Positions 50,361 through 53,222 of a stretch of DNA of 53,222 bases are shown here, piece after piece (positions within the stretch are counted from its first letter, which is position 1; each line of letters opens with the position of its first letter). The stretch is from the NCBI RefSeq assembly GCF_001194135.2, contig NC_068982.1, forward strand, positions 111,553,874-111,607,095, read 5' to 3'. Source of the DNA: Octopus bimaculoides (taxonomy: Eukaryota). The notes beneath the pieces are model-generated. The model saw only the letters and a program-made list of their open reading frames with translations. It was not told the origin of the DNA and searched no databases. Made by a program: the position numbers and the translations under genes.

Positions 50361-52505
50361 TGCACTTTGACGTTTTAGGCCGATCCCTGTATATGACCAG
50401 GTACGTTTATTTTAAATGACTTCCAATTTACGAGTATTTTTTTTTTTTATTATACACGCACGCAAAGAAAATTACGAACACTTTCATAGATAATCCAAAG
50501 TGTATAAATATAAATTTAGTGCCACGAGTAGATCGAAGATGCTAAATTTGCTACATATAGACTTTCAATAGCGTACAAGTTTAGAAAGTTAAATTTGCTA
50601 TTAGTTTGTTAGAGAATCGTATCACTTGTCCTGGATGAATATAACCGAAACAAAATGAGCAGTAAGCGCTAGACACTCGTGAAACACTTCGAAGAACTAT
50701 AAAATAATGTCTTATTTTATTAATATAAATCTATTGACTGGCTCCCTTTTAGGATTCGGAGTCGTTGATACCTTAGCTTCATCAGAATTATATTTTTGTT
50801 CTGCAGCACATATGAATCAAAACTAATTTAGAGAACTGTCCTGCATTTGTAACAACTGGACTATACTTGGAATACTTCCATAAGTTTTTACTTCAATATA
50901 TGGAATTTTGAGATAGTCTCTTTTTAATTTTACAGGTGCAAGAATTTCTCCTATTTGCAGGGAAATCTTGTTGAGTACAAGAAGCTTTCTATGGCTAAAG
51001 AATATGAAAAAATAAAAATAAGCGAAATAATTTTGGTTAATCCCAACCTGTAGTCAGTGAGGCGATATTAGTTTTGTTTAATCATTAACTTTTACTAGCA
51101 CCAGTGCAGTATGGGCGTTCATTAATTTATCCAGTTTGAGACTATCATTACTGGTAAAATTGTTTAATGGTATTTCAAGACTATAACTGAAAGTGTCGAG
51201 AAAAAAATATCGGTTTACCCACTTCGTGAGACTGTCATCTTTCATGAGGATCTTTTCCTTTTTTTTTCCCTCACTGTTCGATTTTGTCCAAATTTTCTAC
51301 ACCGTTGTATAGTACATGCTATGTACGAGAACCATAATTTTTGGAGAAGTTAATAATGTAGCACGAACAACATTTAGAGTGGGAAAATATCAGACACTGC
51401 GAACAATAAGAAAAGGATCTTATGAACATCCCACTTCAATTCAACCAAATTGAGGGGAAAAATCACCTGGCTTAGTGACAAAAGAACACTAAAAATTTAC
51501 TGTAGAATTCATTAAAATGTTTGTAGAATAATCTAAACGATATTTCAATTCCCAAGCTTTGATACTAATTTTAGGTCCATAATGGAAATATGAATTAAAA
51601 TTTTTTTCCCTTATTTTTGATTAATTTTCCGCAAAATTAAGTAAACTTTGTTGCTTAAGTTTTAAATTCTATATAAAATCAAACTTTCATGCGTAAGGTT
51701 ATAAGATTATTTTTAAAAGGTTAACTAATAATCCTTGGGAAATAGTCTTCAATAAATGTTATTTTTGATTTCTCGAAGTTCTATATAGTGACAAATCATT
51801 AAAATAATCAGGAACATTGATTTACTTGTCGAATGATAGAATATACGTCGCACTATTAGCTACGTCTCTTTACATTGAGTTCAAATTGTTTTGCGGGATC
51901 GACTTTCAAACCTCCAGATTCGAGTCGAAATAATAAAATTTGACAAGATATCGACACCTAACAAGCGTCCTTGTTCCGATGGAAGAATAACAATCAATTT
52001 CATTAAAGTCGGTGTTATTGGGTTTGTGTTGAGTTATAATCTTTAATTTTACAAATTCATAGGAATATAACTTATATTAAATGATAATTTTGATGTTTAG
52101 GCTAAATTACTTTTTTTCATTTTAGACTTTGTGGACAAATGGTTTCAAATCCGAACGTGGAAAAAATTTGACCCGCGGATGAGGAATTCCCGACCAAACT
52201 CTAAAGTATTCAGGAGTCGCTTCTTATAGCTGATACACAAGTAACTTTAACAAAAAAGCTTTGCTTTTCTTATAGTATGGTATTCCCGAAAGTAGTAATA
52301 AACTGAACTGGTCACATTTAGTAGTTTTTGTTTTTCACATGTTAAGAGTGCTCAAGTAACGAAATATTTGTTTCTAAACAGCTATGTTTCTTTAAGAATG
52401 GAGCTTCAGATATAATGTGACGATTATACCTTTCCTTTAAGACGTTAGTAACAAAGTAGCTCCACGCGAAAGTCAAAATTATACAAGTGCAAACATACTC
52501 ATAAT

Positions 52506-52690
52506 TCTGTTACTCGTTTCAATCATTTGACTGCGGCCATGCTGCAGCAGGGCCTCGAGCGGTTTTTTTTGTGGAACAAATCGACTCCAGGGCTTTTTTC
52601 TTATGCCTATGACTTATTCTGTCTCTTTTTGCCGAATCGCTAAGTTTCGGGGACGTGAACACACCAACACCGGTTACCATGTGGTGACAT

Positions 52691-52727
<37 letters not shown>

Positions 52728-53040
52728 GAGAGACGGTTAGCACTCCCCTTGGCAAGGACGGAAGAGACCAGTCGATCTTTCTAATACACGGGCTTTGTTC
52801 TCTACTTTAGAGCAACCTATTTTTCTTAAAGGCGGTGCTCCAGCATGGCCGAAGTCAAATGACAAAAAAGTAAAAGAATAAATATACGACAGGCTTCTTT
52901 CAGTTTCCGCCGACCAAATCCGCTTACAAGGCTTTGGTTGGCCCGAGGCTATAGAAAACACTTGTCTAAGGGGTCACGCAGTGGGGCTGAATCTGGAACC
53001 ATGTGGTTGTGAAGCAAACTCCTTTCAAACAGCCACGCCT
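52506..53040 (-). mobile_element. SINE family A copy interrupted by about 105 bp of other sequence and an inverted (+) tail fragment
   Basis: Tail half 52506-52720 (-), plus-strand tail GGCGGTGCTCCAGCATGGCC...AAAAGAATAA 52826-52882, head half 52883-53040 (-). Confidence 0.8.
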
Positions 53041-53222
53041 TTTATTTATTTATCTATTTGTTAACATGAGACAGTTTGGTTTCTATTCCTTTTTTTTTTG
53101 TGTTGGAACCGAGGAGCAATATGTCCTTCGGAAATAAAAAGACTTAAACTTACAGGTAAGTTTCTAATAAAAATATTTCAGTTAATGTAATACCATTTCT
53201 ATAACTGAATCAGAAGTAATTC

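Noticed and set aside
1-53222. CRISPR arrays, rRNA genes or prokaryotic operons
   Set aside because: No regularly spaced repeat-spacer array and no rRNA-like sequence. The window is eukaryotic repeat-rich DNA.

Overview
AT-rich, microsatellite-dense eukaryotic draft-assembly DNA with many N gaps. The repeat complement suggests an octopus/coleoid genome; this is inferred from remembered SINE families, not from a search. One intact protein-coding gene is visible: an intronless, kinase-domain-only NIMA/NEK-type kinase (48904-49689, +). The rest is mostly mobile-element material: at least three tRNA-derived SINE families, a Penelope-like element with a GIY-YIG endonuclease and no visible RT, Helitron remnants (PIF1 helicase fragment plus termini), RTE and L2/CR1-type LINE 3' ends, and pogo/Tigger and hAT traces. 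The most striking unexplained signal is a set of seven hammerhead-ribozyme-like motifs of several architectures. One family joins a tRNA-like Pol III head, an (AAT)n spacer and a minimal dimer-type hammerhead, and its hammerhead body is present as an inverted pair (32452-33284). Most supplied ORFs are microsatellite or N-gap artefacts. Alignments, folds and identities were judged by eye, so repeat boundaries are approximate.
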